Assembly: GCA_963822945.1 (NCBI GenBank)
Contig: CAWGJO010000027.1
Location: forward strand, 96,001-160,000
Direction of reading: 5' to 3'
Length of the DNA: 64,000 bases
From: an uncultured Gemmatimonadaceae bacterium
GTDB lineage: Bacteria > Gemmatimonadota > Gemmatimonadetes > Gemmatimonadales > Gemmatimonadaceae
Shown here: piece by piece, positions 34,765 through 44,827 of the stretch
How positions within the stretch are numbered: position 1 is the stretch's first letter
Layout: the number at the start of each line of letters is the position of its first letter
Program-made: the position numbers and the translations under genes
The notes under the pieces: model-generated
Told to the model about the DNA's origin: nothing
Seen by the model: only the letters and a program-made list of their open reading frames with translations
Database searches by the model: none

Positions 34765-37700
34765 TCACCGCCCTCCCCCGCTGCCGCCTCTGCCGTTGTT
34801 GTGGAACGACTTGTCCGGATACGGCGGCGGTGCCGGCACGGGCCGCGGATCGGCCTTGATCTCGGCGCGCAGCTCCTTGATCGCCGCGGCCAGTTGCGCG
34901 TCATGCCCTTCGAAGGTCGCGTGCGGCAGGTTGTCCACCGTGATGTCGGGATCCACCCCGTGCCCCTCGATCATCCACGTTCGATCGGGCAGGTAGGTGC
35001 CCATCTCGGCCGCGCTCGCGATGCCCCGGTCCACCATCACGTTCTGCTGGCTGAGCCAGATCTCCCCGCCCCACGTGCGCACCCCGATCACCTTGCCGAG
35101 CCCAAGCTGCCGGAATCCCTCGGCGAACGCCTCGCCGTCGGAGGCCGTGTGCGCGTCGGTGAGCAGCACGATGTGTCCGCGGAACGCGTACTGCATGTTC
35201 CAGGTCGGATTGCCGACGCGCGACTTGAAGTAGAACCAGGCCTTCCGGATCAGCTTCTCCAGGATCCAGCTGTCGATGTTGCCGCCGCGGTTGTGGCGGT
35301 CGTCGATGATCAGGCCCTGGCGCTGGAACACCGGATAGAAGTCGCGCTCCCACTGATTGATGTCGGCCGTTCCCATGGCGCGCAGGTGGATGTAGCCGAT
35401 CGAGTCGTGGGCAATGGAATCCACGGCCAGCCGGCGCGTGTATTCCCATTCCGAGTAGCGCAGACTCGATGCGTCGCGCTGCGTGATGGGCTCCACCACC
35501 ACCTCGTGCTCGGCGCCGTTTCCGCCCGTCTTCACGGACAGCAGCATCTGGCGTCCCGCCTCGTTGCGCAACAGCGCGCCGAGCGCCGGCGCCGAGAGCG
35601 TCGGCACGTGGTTCACGGCGGTGATCACGTCCCCTTCGTGCACGTCCACGCCGTAGCGGGCCAGCGGCGAGAGTTCGTCGGGCCCGTCGGGATCATTGCG
35701 ATAGATGTGCTGCACGCGATACCCGCCCGCCGCTTCGTCGCGCACGAACTCGGCGCCGAGCGCAGCGGGGTGGATCGAGTCGTCGGGGGTGCGCATGTCG
35801 CCGCCACGCACGAAGGTGTGCAGCGTGGACAGTTCGCCCATGGTCTGCGAGAGCAGGTTGTTCAACTCCGACCGATCGGTGACGCGGCTGACGAGCGGCT
35901 CGTACCGCTGCCGGATCAGCTTCCAGTCCACGCCGTTCATGGCCGGGTTGTAGAAGTAGTCCCGTTCCAGACGCCAGGCGTCGATGAATTCGTCGTGCCA
36001 CTCGTCGCGCGGCACGATGCGGATGGCCCAGTGGCTGAGATCCACCTTGTGCTTCCCACTGTCGTTGGGCGCCTTGGCGGCTGCGTCGTACACGAAGAAC
36101 TCGTTGCCGCGGCGCACCATCACCTTGCGCCCGTCCAACGACAGTTCGTACTGGCGCACGCCGCTGGCAAAGGCCGTCGGTTTGGCCGGCGTGTTGCCGA
36201 TGGGATAGGTCATGAGCCGCGCGCCACCACCACCGCGGCCACCTCGTCCGGCACCTGCCGCGCCGCGTTCCAGGAAGTAGAGACGCGTGCCGTCGGTGGA
36301 GAGATCGCTGTAGTCGCCGGGCGCCAGCGGAAGTTGGACGAGCCGCTGCTCGATGCCGTTGAAGTCGATGCTGACGTTGGCGGGAGCGTGGACCGCCGCG
36401 CGCCCACCCCGGGCCCCGCGCATCTGCTCCCCGCGCGCCGGCGCGCTGTCTTCGGACGCGAGCGAGCGCACCGGATCGGTGAGTTCGTTGGCGGGCGCGA
36501 AGGGCGACGTCGCATCGGGCTGCAGCGCGAGCCCGTACATCTGGGTCGTATGGTCGAAGTAGGGCTCGGGCTGCCGCGCGCCCCACGGCGAACCCACCGC
36601 GCTCTGGAAGTGCCGGTCGGAGAGGAAGTACAGCCACTTGCCGTCCGTGCTCCACACGGGGCTGTAACTGCTGTACCGGTCGGTGGTCACGCGCACGCTC
36701 TTGCCGCTGGCGATGCCGTAGATCCGGATCTGGTCGAACTGGTTGTCGGCCGCCGCCACGTACGCCAGCCACCTGCTGTCCGGCGACCAGGCGTAGTCCA
36801 TGATCTGGCTCGCACTGTCCTCGGCGATCAGCGTCTCGCGTCCCGTGGCCAGATCGAGCAGCCAGAGCCGCTCGTTCTTGTCGGAGTGGGCGACGTACTT
36901 CCCGTCGGGCGACGGCATGCCGTCCCAGCGCAGCTCGGTGGCGCCGGTGGTGAGCTGCTTCTGGGCGCTCCCATCCATCGGCACGTTCCAGAATTCCACT
37001 TCACCGCTCTTGTCGGAGAGCGTGAGCAGCGATTTGCCATTCGGCATGAAGCGCGCGATGCGATAGCGCACGCCCTGGTCGTGCGTGGCCTGCGCCAGCC
37101 GACCGCCGGCGTCGCCGGTGGGCGCGACGAACACCTGGCCGCGCGCGTCGAGCACCAGCCGGTCGCCGGTGGGGGAAAGGTGCGCCGAAGTGAGGAGCGC
37201 CATCGGGTCGGTGTCCCACTTCTCGCGCGTCTGATCGAAGTCCGAGAGGAGCCGGATCGGGATCAGCGCGTCCCTGCCCGATGCGATGTCGTAGACGCGG
37301 AGATCGGCGCCGAGCTGGTACACGATTTTGCCGTCGCCGAGCGAGGCCGACTGGATGTCGTACACCGGATGGTGCGTGAGCTGCTTGAGGTCGTGCCCCT
37401 GTTCGTCCATCGACCAGAGGTTCATGATGCCGTCGCGATCGCTCAGGAAGTAGATGCGCCCCTTGTACGGCATCGGATCCTTGCTGGTGCCGGTGTAGTC
37501 GGCAGTCAGCGGCTGCGCCTCGGCGCCGTTCCGGGCGAATCGCCAGATATTCTGCGCGGTGCCGCCCTTGTAGCGCTTGGTGTGGCTGCCCTGGAAGGGA
37601 TAGCGCGTGAAGAAGAACGTTCCGTTGGCGTCGTAGCTTCCGTCGGCCGCCTGGGCCAACGGCACCAGCCCGTGCGACCCGTCGGCGGGGTTCACCCATC

Positions 37701-38106
37701 CCACCTCCATGTCGGGGAGCGTGGCGTAGTCGTTCGTGGCATACAGCACCTTGCCGTCGGGTGTCCATCCCACGACCGTGGCCACGCCGCCCTCGTAGGT
37801 GAGCCGTTTGGGCGGCCCGCCGTCGATGGACATGACGTACGCCTCGGTGGGGCCTTCGTACGCCGCGGAGAACGCCACCTGCTTGCCGTCCGGAGAGATG
37901 GCGGCGTTGGTCTCCTCGCCGAGCGCCGTGGTGAGCCGCGTGGCCGTGCCGCCGGCGACGGGAACCTTCCAGAGGTCGCCCTCGGCGGTGAAGACCACCG
38001 TGTTGCCGTGAATGGCGGGGAAGCGGTAGTAGCCGAGCTCCGTCTGCTGCGCCGAGACGGCGGAGAGCGGGAGGCAGAGCGCGATAGCAAGAGAGGTGAG
38101 CCGCAT
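34765..38106 (-). CDS. Tricorn protease homolog (S41 family)
   Basis: AEGDLW, PD40 propellers, PDZ region, GYIHL, DDRHNRGG, ASDGE, GVRTWGG, EGHGVDPD. Confidence 0.94.
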   Translation of the reverse strand: MRLTSLAIALCLPLSAVSAQQTELGYYRFPAIHGNTVVFTAEGDLWKVPVAGGTATRLTTALGEETNAAISPDGKQVAFSAAYEGPTEAYVMSIDGGPPKRLTYEGGVATVVGWTPDGKVLYATNDYATLPDMEVGWVNPADGSHGLVPLAQAADGSYDANGTFFFTRYPFQGSHTKRYKGGTAQNIWRFARNGAEAQPLTADYTGTSKDPMPYKGRIYFLSDRDGIMNLWSMDEQGHDLKQLTHHPVYDIQSASLGDGKIVYQLGADLRVYDIASGRDALIPIRLLSDFDQTREKWDTDPMALLTSAHLSPTGDRLVLDARGQVFVAPTGDAGGRLAQATHDQGVRYRIARFMPNGKSLLTLSDKSGEVEFWNVPMDGSAQKQLTTGATELRWDGMPSPDGKYVAHSDKNERLWLLDLATGRETLIAEDSASQIMDYAWSPDSRWLAYVAAADNQFDQIRIYGIASGKSVRVTTDRYSSYSPVWSTDGKWLYFLSDRHFQSAVGSPWGARQPEPYFDHTTQMYGLALQPDATSPFAPANELTDPVRSLASEDSAPARGEQMRGARGGRAAVHAPANVSIDFNGIEQRLVQLPLAPGDYSDLSTDGTRLYFLERGAAGAGRGGRGGGGARLMTYPIGNTPAKPTAFASGVRQYELSLDGRKVMVRRGNEFFVYDAAAKAPNDSGKHKVDLSHWAIRIVPRDEWHDEFIDAWRLERDYFYNPAMNGVDWKLIRQRYEPLVSRVTDRSELNNLLSQTMGELSTLHTFVRGGDMRTPDDSIHPAALGAEFVRDEAAGGYRVQHIYRNDPDGPDELSPLARYGVDVHEGDVITAVNHVPTLSAPALGALLRNEAGRQMLLSVKTGGNGAEHEVVVEPITQRDASSLRYSEWEYTRRLAVDSIAHDSIGYIHLRAMGTADINQWERDFYPVFQRQGLIIDDRHNRGGNIDSWILEKLIRKAWFYFKSRVGNPTWNMQYAFRGHIVLLTDAHTASDGEAFAEGFRQLGLGKVIGVRTWGGEIWLSQQNVMVDRGIASAAEMGTYLPDRTWMIEGHGVDPDITVDNLPHATFEGHDAQLAAAIKELRAEIKADPRPVPAPPPYPDKSFHNNGRGGSGGGR

Positions 38107-38272
38107 CGGGACGAATCCGGGTGGAAGAGTCGGAGCCAGATATACGGGCTGGGCACGGGACTTTCCACCACCGGTGGGTGGCGGAGTGCGGCCGACCGGT
38201 CGTGGCGGAGGCCGCGGATGAAATGGGAGGCCGACCCCGCCACCCCTTCACTTTTCACGGCCGCCCGCCTAC

Positions 38273-38296
38273 GTTATAGACCACCTGGTCTATAAC
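38273..38296. promoter_or_regulatory. TetR operator (perfect 11-bp inverted repeat)
   Basis: GTTATAGACCA-CC-TGGTCTATAAC, 12 bp before the tetR start. Confidence 0.8.
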
Positions 38297-38308
38297 ACCG
38301 GTCTAGCC

Positions 38309-38932
38309 ATGGTCCGCGATCGCTTCGACAACCTCGACCCCGACAAGCAGGAACGCCTCTTCGAGGCGGCCGCCGACGAGTTCAGCGACCACGGCTTCGA
38401 GGGCGCCTCGCTCAACCGCATCATCGACCGCGCGGGGATGAGCAAGGGCTCGCTCTACTACTACTTCAACGACAAGAGCGACCTCTACGCCACCGTCGTC
38501 GAGCGCGCCACCGCCGCGGTGGTCAAACTCGTGGGCGGGTTCTCGCTCGACGAACTGACCGCCGAGACCTTCTGGCCCCAGTTCGAGGGCGCCGTGCGCC
38601 GCTCCGTGGACTACATGCAGCGGAACGAGTGGTTCGTGCGCCTCGGCCGTTCCTTCTACCGCATGCGCGGCGGCAGCGGCCGCAAGGCCACCAAGCGCGT
38701 CTTCGACTGGATCGGCACCTGGACTACACGCGTCCTCGAGCGCGGCCAGCAGCTCGGCGTGATCCGCACCGACATGCCCATCGAATTTCTCGTCGAACTC
38801 GCGCTGGCCGTGGGCGAGACGGGCGACCGGTGGCTGCTCACACACTGGCACGACATGACGAAGAAGCAGCGCAACGAGGTGCTGAACGCCGAGATGGACG
38901 CCTTCCACCGTTTGCTCGAGCCCCGCCCATGA
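38309..38932 (+). CDS. TetR/AcrR family transcriptional regulator
   Basis: GFEGASLNRII...SKGSLYYYFNDK HTH. Confidence 0.94.
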   Translation: MVRDRFDNLDPDKQERLFEAAADEFSDHGFEGASLNRIIDRAGMSKGSLYYYFNDKSDLYATVVERATAAVVKLVGGFSLDELTAETFWPQFEGAVRRSVDYMQRNEWFVRLGRSFYRMRGGSGRKATKRVFDWIGTWTTRVLERGQQLGVIRTDMPIEFLVELALAVGETGDRWLLTHWHDMTKKQRNEVLNAEMDAFHRLLEPRP

Positions 38933-39690
38933 ACCGTCTCCGCACCGCCACTGCCGCCGCCGTGCTCGCCCTCGCCGCCGTTGCCCCGCGCCTGGCCGCG
39001 CAACAGGTGAACCCCGACTCCATCGTCGACCGCGTGGACAAGTTGCTGCGCGGCACATCCAGTCGCGGCACTGTCTCCATGCAGATCGTCACGCGCCAGT
39101 GGAAGCGGACGCTCGACATGGACATCTGGTCGCTGGGCAACGACTACGCGCTCGTCCGCGTGACCGCGCCGGCCAAGGAAGCGGGCACGGCCACGCTCAA
39201 GGTGAAGAACGACGTCTGGAACTACCTGCCGCGGGTGGATCGCACGATCCGCATTCCCCCCTCGCTCATGGCGGCCGACTGGATGGGCTCGCACTTCACC
39301 AACGACGACCTCGTGAAGGAGAGCCGGCTGGTGGTGGACTACGACATCACGCTCGCCTTCGACGGGGTGCGGGACGGCGCCAAGGTCTGGGAGTTCCGTC
39401 TCACCCCGAAGCCCAACGCCGCCGTGGTGTGGGGCCACATCGAGATGCGGGTGCGCCAGGCGGACCTGATGCCGGTGTGGGAGCGCTACTACGACGACGC
39501 CGGCAAGCTCGCGCGCACGATCACCTTCTCCGACTACCGGGTGATGGGCGGTCGCAAGGTGCCCGCCGACCTGACCGTGACCCCGGCCGACAAGCCCGAC
39601 GAGCACACGACGCTCACGTACCACCACCTCGAGTTCGACGTCGGACTCCGTCCCGACTTCTTCTCGCTGCAGAACCTCAAGCGCCGGTGA
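38929..39690 (+). CDS. Outer membrane lipoprotein-sorting protein (LolA-like)
   Basis: Signal peptide, WNYLP, WMGSHFTNDDL; ATGA overlap with tetR. Confidence 0.88.
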   Translation: MNRLRTATAAAVLALAAVAPRLAAQQVNPDSIVDRVDKLLRGTSSRGTVSMQIVTRQWKRTLDMDIWSLGNDYALVRVTAPAKEAGTATLKVKNDVWNYLPRVDRTIRIPPSLMAADWMGSHFTNDDLVKESRLVVDYDITLAFDGVRDGAKVWEFRLTPKPNAAVVWGHIEMRVRQADLMPVWERYYDDAGKLARTITFSDYRVMGGRKVPADLTVTPADKPDEHTTLTYHHLEFDVGLRPDFFSLQNLKRR

Positions 39691-40958
39691 GCGTGGACGG
39701 CCGCGGGATCTGGTGGCGGATCGCCGTCCGCAACCTCGGGCGCAACCGCAAGCGCACCGTGCTCGCCGCGGGCGCCCTGGCGTTCGGGTTCGCGGCCGCG
39801 GTGGTGATGGTCGCGCTGTCCAACGGCATCACCTCGGACCTCATCACCAACGGCACGCGCTCGCTCGCCGGGCAGATCCAGATCCACGCCCGCAACTACC
39901 TGCCGGCCCGGCACACGTGGGCGACGATCGGCGCCGACAGCGGCGTCGACCTCGCCCGTGCCATGGCCGCCGTGGACGCGGAGCCCGGCGTGGTGGCCGC
40001 GGCTCCCCGCGTATACGGAGGCGGCCTGATCAGCGCCGGCGATCACACCGTTGCCGGGGTGCTGCTCGGCGTGGACCCGGCGCGCGAACCGCGCGTGAGC
40101 GCGTTGCTGAGCGCCATCGTGCAGGGCCGGGAGCCGCGCGCCGGCACGCACGACATTGCCATCGGCACCGAGACCGCGCGCCGGCTGCACGCGGCCGTGG
40201 GGGACACGATCGTCGTCGTCGCGCCGGCCGCCGATGGGTCGCTGGGCAACGATCTCTATGAGGTGAGCGGCATCTACCACACCGGGCTCGCCTCGCTCGA
40301 CGCCGGAATGGCGGTGATGCCAATCGGCGCGCTGCAGTCGCTGCTCGTGCTGGCGCCGAACCGTGTGCACGAGATCGCCGTGACACTCCGCGATCCATGG
40401 AGCGCCGGCGCAGTGGCCGATTCCATCGCGGCGCTGCCCGTCTTCGGGCACCTCGGCGTGTCCGTGGAACCGTGGATGAAGTTCCGCCCGGAGCTCGCGT
40501 CGTACGCCGACATCGCGAAGGGCGAGAACGGCTTCTTCATCGCCATCGTATTCCTGATGGCCATCTTCGGCGTGACCAATACGCTGCTCATGAGCACCTT
40601 CGAGCGGCGGCGGGAGTTCGCCGTGGAGCAGGCGCTCGGCGTGGATGCCCGGACGCTCGCACGGACGATCGTATACGAGGGCATCGTGCTCGGGGTGGTG
40701 TCGCTCGTGGCCGGTGCCGCGATCGCGGCGCCCATCGTGTACTGGTGGCACGTCTCGCCGCTCGACCTGAGCGGATTCGTCGGGAACATGACGATGTCGG
40801 GCGCGCTGTTCCGGCCCGTGTTCCGCACCGATCCCACCTGGGGCGCGCCGCTCGCCGCCGCCGTGGCGCTGCTCGTGACGTCGATCCTCGCCGCGCTCTA
40901 CCCGGCCTGGCGCGCCACGCGCGTGGCGCCGGCCGATGCGCTCGGGGGCCGCCAATGA
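39687..40958 (+). CDS. ABC transporter permease (FtsX/LolE/MacB-like)
   Basis: RNLGRNRKRT, ERRREF, YPAWRA. Confidence 0.9.
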   Translation: MSVDGRGIWWRIAVRNLGRNRKRTVLAAGALAFGFAAAVVMVALSNGITSDLITNGTRSLAGQIQIHARNYLPARHTWATIGADSGVDLARAMAAVDAEPGVVAAAPRVYGGGLISAGDHTVAGVLLGVDPAREPRVSALLSAIVQGREPRAGTHDIAIGTETARRLHAAVGDTIVVVAPAADGSLGNDLYEVSGIYHTGLASLDAGMAVMPIGALQSLLVLAPNRVHEIAVTLRDPWSAGAVADSIAALPVFGHLGVSVEPWMKFRPELASYADIAKGENGFFIAIVFLMAIFGVTNTLLMSTFERRREFAVEQALGVDARTLARTIVYEGIVLGVVSLVAGAAIAAPIVYWWHVSPLDLSGFVGNMTMSGALFRPVFRTDPTWGAPLAAAVALLVTSILAALYPAWRATRVAPADALGGRQ

Positions 40959-42214
40959 ACCGCTTCGGCATTCTCGCCCGGCTCGCGGCGCGCAACGTGA
41001 TGCGGCAACGGCGGCGCAGCGCGCTCATCGCGCTCGCCATGATCCTCGGCGTCGCGCTGCTCATCTTCTTCCTCGCCCTGGGCGACGGGATGCACGCGCA
41101 GTGGATCGACGCGGGCGTGCGATTGGCCGACGGGCACGTGGCGGTGGAAACGCCCGCCTTCCGGCGCAGCGCCAGTCTCGACGACCGCCTGGACTCGACG
41201 GCCGCGGCGGCGGTCGCCCGTGCCGTGGCCGACCCCGCCGTGGCGCGCTTCATCGCCGCCGCCGCGCCGCGCCTCACGGTGAGCGCGCTCGCCAGTTCGG
41301 CGTCCTCCGCCCTGCCCGTGCAGGTGCTCGGGGTGGATCCCGTGCTGGAGTCGCACTTCTCGACGCTTCCGGAGAAGCTCGTCGGCGGCCGCTGGCTGGC
41401 CGACTCGGACGTCACCGCCGCCGTGGTGGGTCAGGGGCTCGTGGACCGGCTGGGCCTGTCGCTCGGCTCGCGATTCGTGATCACGGCGCAGACCACGCGC
41501 GGCGACGTGCAGGAACAGCTCGTGCACGTGACCGGCATCTTCCGCACGGGCATCCGCGAGGTGGACGAGGGCATGATCGACGTGCCGCTCGCCACGGCGC
41601 GGCACTGGCTCGCCGCGCCGGGCGCCGTGACGTCGGAGGCGATTCTGCTCCGCGACGTGGCCGACGTCGGCCCGGCGACGGACGCGCTGCAACCGCTCCT
41701 GCCGGCGGGCGCCCGTGCGTTCACCTGGCGCGAGACGTCGCCGGAACTCGACGCCGCCGTGCGCGTCGACAACTTCGGCAACTACCTGTTCAACGGCATC
41801 CTGCTGGCCATCGTCGCGCTTGCCGTGCTGGAGGCCCTGCTGGTTTCCGTGCTGCACCGGCGGCGCGAATTCGGGGTGATGCACGCCATCGGCCTCTCGG
41901 CCCGCGAGACCTCGGTGATGGTGCTCATCGAGGGCGTGATGCTCGCCGTGGTGGCCGGCGCCGTCGGGATGGGCGTCGGGTGGGGCGTCGTGGCGATTCT
42001 CGGACACACGGGACTCGATCTCACGGCGGCGTTCGGCAACCAACTCTCGATTTCAGGGGCGGTCGTCAGTCCCATCGTGTACCCGGTGGTGCATCTGGCC
42101 CGCGCCTGGCAGGGCGGCTCCGTCGTGCTCGCGCTCGGCGTGCTCTCCTCTCTCTATCCCATGTGGCAGGCGTCGCGCATCGACGTGGCCGAAGCCATGC
42201 AGGACGAACCATGA
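40955..42214 (+). CDS. ABC transporter permease (FtsX/LolE/MacB-like), second paralog
   Basis: RNVMRQRRRS, RRREFG, YPMWQA. Confidence 0.9.
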   Translation: MNRFGILARLAARNVMRQRRRSALIALAMILGVALLIFFLALGDGMHAQWIDAGVRLADGHVAVETPAFRRSASLDDRLDSTAAAAVARAVADPAVARFIAAAAPRLTVSALASSASSALPVQVLGVDPVLESHFSTLPEKLVGGRWLADSDVTAAVVGQGLVDRLGLSLGSRFVITAQTTRGDVQEQLVHVTGIFRTGIREVDEGMIDVPLATARHWLAAPGAVTSEAILLRDVADVGPATDALQPLLPAGARAFTWRETSPELDAAVRVDNFGNYLFNGILLAIVALAVLEALLVSVLHRRREFGVMHAIGLSARETSVMVLIEGVMLAVVAGAVGMGVGWGVVAILGHTGLDLTAAFGNQLSISGAVVSPIVYPVVHLARAWQGGSVVLALGVLSSLYPMWQASRIDVAEAMQDEP

Positions 42215-42927
42215 CCCAACCATCCTCCGCCGAGCTCGCGGTCCGTACCGAGGACCTGTGGAAGACCTACCCGCAGGAACCGGCGCCGGTGCAGGCCGTG
42301 CGCGGGGTGACGCTCGAGATCGCCCGCGGCGACTTCGTCGCCCTCGCGGGGCCGTCCGGATCGGGCAAGACGACGCTGCTCAACCTGCTCGGCGGGTTGA
42401 CGCACGCCACGAAGGGGCGTGTCTGGATCGACGGGCGCGAGATCACCGGGCTCTCGGACCGCCAACTCACGCACCTGCGGCTGGAGAGCATCGGTTACGT
42501 ATTCCAGGCGTACAACCTGCTTCCCGTGCTCACGGCGCTGGAGAACGCGGAGTTCACCCTGCTGCTGCGCGGCGTGCCGCACGAGGAGCGGCGCGCGCGG
42601 GTGCGCGCGCTGTTCGAACGCATCGGCATGACGGGGTTGGAGGACCGCCGGCCCGGCAAGCTCTCGGGTGGGCAGCAGCAGCGGGTGGCGGTGGCGCGCG
42701 CCGTGGTCGGGCGTCCCGCCCTGGTGCTCGCCGACGAGCCCACGGCCAACCTCGACTCGGTGACCAGCGAGGCGCTGCTCGACGTGATGGAGCAGTTGAA
42801 TCGGGAGGAGGGCACGACGTTCGTCTTCTCCACCCACGATCAGCGCGTCATGGATCGCGCCCGCCGGCTGATCCAGCTCGTGGACGGACAGATCGCGAGT
42901 GACGAGCGATCGGATCATGCGGCGTAG
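42211..42927 (+). CDS. ABC transporter ATP-binding protein (LolD-like)
   Basis: GPSGSGKT, LSGGQQQR, LADEPTANLD, STHD. Confidence 0.95.
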   Translation: MTQPSSAELAVRTEDLWKTYPQEPAPVQAVRGVTLEIARGDFVALAGPSGSGKTTLLNLLGGLTHATKGRVWIDGREITGLSDRQLTHLRLESIGYVFQAYNLLPVLTALENAEFTLLLRGVPHEERRARVRALFERIGMTGLEDRRPGKLSGGQQQRVAVARAVVGRPALVLADEPTANLDSVTSEALLDVMEQLNREEGTTFVFSTHDQRVMDRARRLIQLVDGQIASDERSDHAA

Positions 42928-44129
42928 CGTCCGGCGTTCCATCACCATGACGTTGCTCGCGTTCGGCAGCCTGCAGTTGGCAGCCGGCGCCGTGACCCCG
43001 CTCCGGGCGCAACTGCCCGACTTCTCCGGCTACTACCAGAACGTCGGCATCGGGACGGCGGCCGCGGCGGGCGCGGGCGCCGGCGCGTTCGACGCGCAGC
43101 GCGCCCGGCTGATGTGGACCCCGTCGGTCGGCCACTGGTCGCTCGATGCCGCGTACGAGCACACCCTGTGGTGGCGGAGCTCCCCGAACGCCGGCATGGG
43201 CGGCGGGCTGTTGTCGAGCACGCGGCCCGGCGGCGACTGGTTGCACCTGGGATGGACCGTGTACGACGGCACACGCGTCAGTTGGCAGCAGCGGTTCGAT
43301 CGCCTGAGCGTCTCGTACACGCGCGGGCCGGTCACGGCCACGGTGGGACGGCAGGCGGTGTCTTGGGCCACCACGCTCCTGCTCACGCCGGCCGATCCCT
43401 TCGTGCCCTTCGACCCATCGGATCCGTTCCGCGAATACCGCACCGGCATCGATGCCGCGCGCGTGCAGTGGTTCGCGGGCGCGTTCACGACGCTCGACTT
43501 CGTGGTTCGGCCGGCGGACACGCCCACCGGGCGCACGCTCACGGCGCTGCTGCGCGGCAGGACGGACGTGGGCGGGTGGGAACTCTCGGCGTGGGGCGGC
43601 GCCATTCACGATGCGCCCGGCGGCGCGGTGGGCATCACGCGCCCGGTGGCCGGCTCCGCGGTGCGCGCCGAATCCGAATTCCGTCGCGACACCCTGGGCC
43701 ACGCGGTGGCGCGAGTCGCGGTGGGCGTGGACCGTCGATTCAGCGTGCTCGACCGCGACCTGTACGGGGTGGTGGAGTACCAACACGATCCGTTCGGCGC
43801 CGCGCGACCGGCGGACCTTCAGGCGGCGTCGCTGTCGCGGGCGGCCGGCCGGCGGGAGCTGCAGGTGCTGGGACGCGACGAGTCGGCGGTGCAGCTCACG
43901 TATCAGGTGCACCCGCTCGTATCCGCCGAGCTGATGGCGCTCTGGAATCTCCGCGACGGCAGCGCGCTCGTTGCGCCGGCGGCTTCGATCTCGTTGAGCG
44001 ACGAGAGTTCGGCGCGGGTCGGGGTGTTCGTTCCCGCGGGGCCTGGGTTCAGATCGCCTCGCCGGCCCGCAGTCGGAGTACGGACCGGTGCCATTCACAG
44101 GCTACGCGGGGCTGAGCGTCTACTTCTGA
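42917..44129 (+). CDS. Probable outer membrane beta-barrel protein, frameshift near 44051
   Basis: Signal peptide, GRQAVSW, amphipathic strands; removing one base restores a C-terminus ...GYAGLSVYF (beta-signal) ending at TGA 44127-44129. Confidence 0.7.
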
Positions 44130-44154
44130 GGCCGCGAATCCGCTCCGGCCGCGC

Positions 44155-44643
44155 TCACCCTTCCCAGCTCTCTCCCGCTCGGATCTTCGGGTGCACCGAG
44201 AGCAGGAACGCCGCCATGGCGGCGGCGGCCGCGAAGCCCGCCGTCCAGATCGCCCACCCGGAGATCGCCTCCTGCACGGGGATGGCCAGCGCCTGCATGG
44301 CCGCCACGATGTGGAAGGCGATGAAGAAGAAGAAGAACAGTCCGACGTACCAGAACTGCGTGAACCGCTCCGACACCGACGCCAGCCAGGCGCTCACGAG
44401 GCCGAACACGAGAAAGACCACGAGGTGCGCGCCGTTGTACGCGAACACGTATTCCGCGGTCACACGGATCTTGGCCGGATCGTGGATCCCGTAGAACAGC
44501 GATCCGCCCAGCAGGGCCGCCGTATAGAAGACCGAACGCCCTACGAGCAGATTCGCGAGACCGAACACCGCCGCGACCACCGCATAGCCGATCAGTCCCG
44601 CCAATACACCCTGGCTCAGGATCTTGGTCTGTTCTTCCCTCAT
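44155..44643 (-). CDS. Hypothetical four-TM membrane protein
   Basis: 162 aa, four hydrophobic segments, GGAGG RBS. Confidence 0.75.
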   Translation of the reverse strand: MREEQTKILSQGVLAGLIGYAVVAAVFGLANLLVGRSVFYTAALLGGSLFYGIHDPAKIRVTAEYVFAYNGAHLVVFLVFGLVSAWLASVSERFTQFWYVGLFFFFFIAFHIVAAMQALAIPVQEAISGWAIWTAGFAAAAAMAAFLLSVHPKIRAGESWEG

Positions 44644-44827
44644 GTGCCCTCCTGGATACGCGATCGCCGATTCCGATGTCTACTCTGGGGAGGCAATTTC
44701 CCTACGTCTGTAAGGCATCGGGGCGTGCACGGTAGGGGAAGCGCCCACTGGACCCCACCTTCCCGCTCCGCGATCCTCACTTTCGGGACCTCACGCAGCA
44801 CACACGCCGTCCATCACTCTCGCGCCC

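Noticed and set aside
44130..44494. C-terminal extension of ORF 42899..44494
   Set aside because: Artefact of the frameshift; it overlaps the real minus-strand gene 44155..44643
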